This document shows, piece after piece, positions 62,271 through 64,000 of a stretch of 64,000 nt of DNA (position 1 is the first letter of the stretch; the number at the start of each line of letters is the position of its first letter). The stretch is from contig JAJSZL010000002.1 of assembly GCA_030262855.1 (NCBI GenBank), forward strand, positions 1,234 through 65,233, written 5' to 3'. A model generated the notes under the pieces. It made no database searches, was not told the origin of the DNA, and saw nothing but the letters and a program-made list of their open reading frames with translations. The DNA is from Candidatus Desulfofervidaceae bacterium. GTDB taxonomy: Bacteria > Desulfobacterota > Desulfofervidia > Desulfofervidales > Desulfofervidaceae. The position numbers were made by a program, and so were the translations under genes.

Positions 62271-64000
62271 TTATTCATCCTCTAACAATGCTTTCACTTG
62301 GGCAGACAACTGGTCATAAGTAAATCCTGCCACATTGATCGCCTTCTTCTCGCAAATAGCCATACAGACCCCACATCCTTGACATACCGCCTCTTCCACT
62401 TTGGCGTATCTTCTTCTCTTTTTGCCTTCCCTTTTTTCCTCTCTTACCATGGTAATTGCCTTAAATGGACACGCCTTCCAACAAAGCCCACATCCTATAC
62501 ATAACTCTTTATCTACATGGGCAACAATTGGCTCCAACGTGGCCTTCTTTTGGGAAAGAAGGCTTAAAACTTTACTTGCAGCGGCACTTGCCTGGGCTGC
62601 AGTTTCAGAAATATCCTTTGGGGCTTGAGCTGCACCAGCCAGATAAACACCTGGACTTACCGATTCCACAGGTCTTAATTTGGGATGGACTTCACTTAAA
62701 AATCCGAATTCATCTACAGAGACTTTAAGAAGTTTAGCCAAATCAGCCGTTCCTTTGCTAGGAACTACAGCTGGAGCCAATACAACCATATCCGCTTCTA
62801 TTTCTACTGCCATTCCACTTATTGTATCTGCCCCCCAAACCACAAGTTTATCTTCTCGTTGAAATACCTTGGAGACTTTACCCCGCAGGTATACTATCCT
62901 TTCCTCTCCCATTACCCGCTGCACAAATTCTTCATAGCGTTTACCGGCCGCCCTGACATCAATAAAAAACACATATGCCTCACCATCAGGCACTGCGTGT
63001 TTGTAAAGTAATGCTTGCTTGGCCGTGTACATGCAACAAATTTTGGAACAATAGGGACACCCATGTTCCGGATCCCTTGAACCCGCACACTGAATGAAAA
63101 CCACCCTTTTGGGAATTTTACCATCTGAAGGCCGTCTTACAACGCCCCCAGTAGGTCCAGAAGCAGAAAGGAGTCTTTCAAACTCCAAACCTGTAACCAC
63201 ATCTGGGTATTTTCCACCCCCGTATTCTTTTAAGTTTTCTATTGGTAGCAAATCAAAACCTGTCGCTATTACAACCGCACCTACTTCTATTTCTATCTCC
63301 TGCGGTTCCATCAAATAATTAATGGCTCTAGGACCGCAGGCTTTATAACACTGCTCACAGACCACCATTTTTTGAGTATTCAGGCAGTTTTCTAAATCAA
63401 GGGTGTAAACCAGCGGCACGGCCTGGGGAAAAGGCACATAAATCGCCTTTCGTGCTCCCAAACCTTGGTCAAACTCATTAGGCACTATTACCGGGCAAAC
63501 ATCCATACAATCACCACAACCGGTGCATTTTTCCGGAATAACATACCGAGGTTTTTTTTCAATGGTGACCTTAAAATTACCTATTATTCCTTTTATATTC
63601 TTTACTTCCGCATAGGTGATTACATGGATATTCTTATGATGAGCTGCCTCCACCATTAAAGGAGTTAAAATACAAGCAGAGCAGTCCAAAGTAGGAAAGG
63701 TCTCACTTAACTGGGCCATGTGCCCACCTAGAGAGGGAGTTCTTTCTACCAAATAGACTTCAAAGCCTCCATTAGCAATGTCTAAGGCTGTCCGGATACC
63801 AGCAATACCACCACCAATAACCAAAACCTTCCTGGTCAATGGCACTTTAATCGGCTCTAATGGCTCAGCCAGTCTTACTTTAGCAACCGCAGCTTTGATT
63901 AACCTAAATGCCTTCTCCGTAGCTATCTCGGGTTTGTCATGATGCACCCAAGAACAGTGTTCTCTGATATTGGCAATCTCTAGCAAATAGGGATTAAGAC
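62271..64000 (-). CDS. HdrA-like FAD/Fe-S oxidoreductase, N-terminus beyond the right edge of the window
   Basis: ANIREHCSWVH, VIGGGIAGI, several CxxCxxCxxxCP motifs and a C-terminal ferredoxin domain. The frame stays open upstream of the track's TTG at 63986 through to position 64000. Its stop abuts the korD start. Confidence 0.8.
   Translation of the reverse strand, partial: LNPYLLEIANIREHCSWVHHDKPEIATEKAFRLIKAAVAKVRLAEPLEPIKVPLTRKVLVIGGGIAGIRTALDIANGGFEVYLVERTPSLGGHMAQLSETFPTLDCSACILTPLMVEAAHHKNIHVITYAEVKNIKGIIGNFKVTIEKKPRYVIPEKCTGCGDCMDVCPVIVPNEFDQGLGARKAIYVPFPQAVPLVYTLDLENCLNTQKMVVCEQCYKACGPRAINYLMEPQEIEIEVGAVVIATGFDLLPIENLKEYGGGKYPDVVTGLEFERLLSASGPTGGVVRRPSDGKIPKRVVFIQCAGSRDPEHGCPYCSKICCMYTAKQALLYKHAVPDGEAYVFFIDVRAAGKRYEEFVQRVMGEERIVYLRGKVSKVFQREDKLVVWGADTISGMAVEIEADMVVLAPAVVPSKGTADLAKLLKVSVDEFGFLSEVHPKLRPVESVSPGVYLAGAAQAPKDISETAAQASAAASKVLSLLSQKKATLEPIVAHVDKELCIGCGLCWKACPFKAITMVREEKREGKKRRRYAKVEEAVCQGCGVCMAICEKKAINVAGFTYDQLSAQVKALLEDE

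Overview
This is a 64-kb stretch of an AT-leaning, compact bacterial chromosome. The gene content points to an anaerobic, possibly thermophilic Desulfobacterota/Thermodesulfobacteriota-like autotroph, but lineage cannot be proven from sequence alone. There are five blocks. (1) 0-11.6 kb is housekeeping: a DHH phosphoesterase, then ftsH-folP-glmM-coaX, mltA and glnE. (2) 11.8-32.1 kb is a large type IV pilus locus. It holds a sensor kinase plus sigma-54 activator, an aromatic-rich pilin with a poly-Ser tail, three minor pilins including a Cys/His-cluster protein, and convergent pilC-pilB-pilQ-pilO/P-pilN-pilM. It also holds an ExeA-like ATPase, an L,D-transpeptidase and a TPR protein. Directly next to it are two secreted OmcS-family (nanowire-type) multihaem cytochromes. 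The pilin and the cytochrome operon each carry a textbook sigma-54 promoter and share an upstream 39-bp operator-like sequence. I consider this the best candidate in the window for an undescribed integrated extracellular-electron-transfer system. (3) 32.3-42.1 kb holds alaS-recA-thpR-cinA-pgpA, a solute-binding protein with a hybrid kinase, and tRNA-Lys(CTT). (4) 42.1-52.3 kb is an accessory island downstream of the tRNA with no integrase visible. It starts with a STAS-like/GHKL-ATPase pair, a nuclease-like ORF and a DUF3800 protein. It then runs into an integron-type gene-cassette array of at least six cassettes, each ORF followed by an attC-like imperfect palindrome. The first 6 nt of each cassette complement its own inverse core, but no intI is present, so it is CALIN-like. 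The cassettes carry a SIR2-like NADase, a HEPN-like protein, a kinase-like protein, orphans and small membrane proteins, and the array is closed by a TumE/TumA-like toxin-antitoxin pair. (5) 52.4-64 kb is one long minus-strand operon of reductive-TCA type: hdrA-like, korDAB(G), soluble frdBA-like, sucCD, a gamma-carbonic anhydrase and a GltD-like Fe-S flavoprotein. All calls come from reading motifs by eye; no database search was run.
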